Origin: Craspedostauros australis
Taxonomy: Eukaryota
Direction of reading: 5' to 3'
Assembly (NCBI GenBank): GCA_030167865.1
Contig: JALAGF010002059.1
Span: 55,168-75,167 of the forward strand
DNA length: 20,000 bases
Below, piece by piece: positions 19,796 to 20,000 of this stretch. Made by a program: the position numbers and the translations under genes. The first letter of the stretch is position 1. Each line of letters starts with the position of its first letter. Below the pieces are notes generated by a model. The model had not been told where the DNA came from. It was given only the letters and a program-made list of their open reading frames with translations, and ran no database searches.

Positions 19796-20000
19796 TCAAG
19801 ATAGAAAATAAGCTTGAGTTGTCGCACTTCCTGGTAGATGTGTTCTTTGAATTTGTGTTTTCCAAATTGCACATATATACTGGTCAGGTTTGCTGCAACT
19901 CTGATGGTGTCACCTCCGTTTGTTCAACTTCTAGGATGTCTTGTTGGAGGAGCATACTTGCAGTGGACATGTTGAGCACCAAGCCTCCACAAGAATTCAT
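19796..20000 (-). pseudogene. Disrupted ORF fragment (stop plus frameshift) of a diatom repeat-associated hypothetical protein family; continues beyond the window
   Basis: Frame A reads GLVLNMSTASMLLQQDILEVEQTEVTPSELQQT*PVY (TGA at 19886-19884). After a shift at a TATATA run, frame B reads VQFGKHKFKEHIYQEVRQLKLIF. Joined, this resembles a motif I recall as LL..DI...TP..L...RP.Y..F...F...IYQEVR..K. Confidence 0.5.

Larger units (their letters stand above)
19319..20000. mobile_element. Probable terminus of a decayed DNA transposon or non-autonomous element (left boundary approximate)
   Basis: A subterminal-type short motif array sits next to a CpG-poor pseudogenised ORF. No transposase, partner TIR or TSD is visible in the window. 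Confidence 0.35.

Overview
Eukaryotic genomic DNA, most likely a pennate-type diatom. This is inferred from two GT-AG spliceosomal introns, an ASAFAP-like plastid presequence and protein families I recall as diatom-expanded. Six protein-coding genes are supportable: (1) a two-exon uncharacterised protein with an 'RGLE' motif (+, 1271-2534); (2) a short TPR-like helical protein (-, 5276-6289); (3) a single-TM protein with a beta-rich domain (+, 8301-9176); (4) an MFSD6-like MFS transporter (+, 9507-11372); (5) a two-exon bacterial-type M3A peptidyl-dipeptidase Dcp with a putative plastid presequence (-, 11526-14111); (6) a 1401-aa stand-alone STAND/AAA_16 ATPase with a helical C-terminus (-, 14622-18827). 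Gene 6 resembles the core of bacterial kinase-ATPase-GAF-histidine kinase proteins but has no kinase domain at either end. The last ~700 bp hold a phased CCGGAC array (9/13-bp spacing), a small hairpin and a CpG-poor frameshifted ORF relic, best read as the end of a decayed mobile element. Most of the other listed ORFs are shadow or chance ORFs. Family assignments come from recognising motifs, not from a database search.
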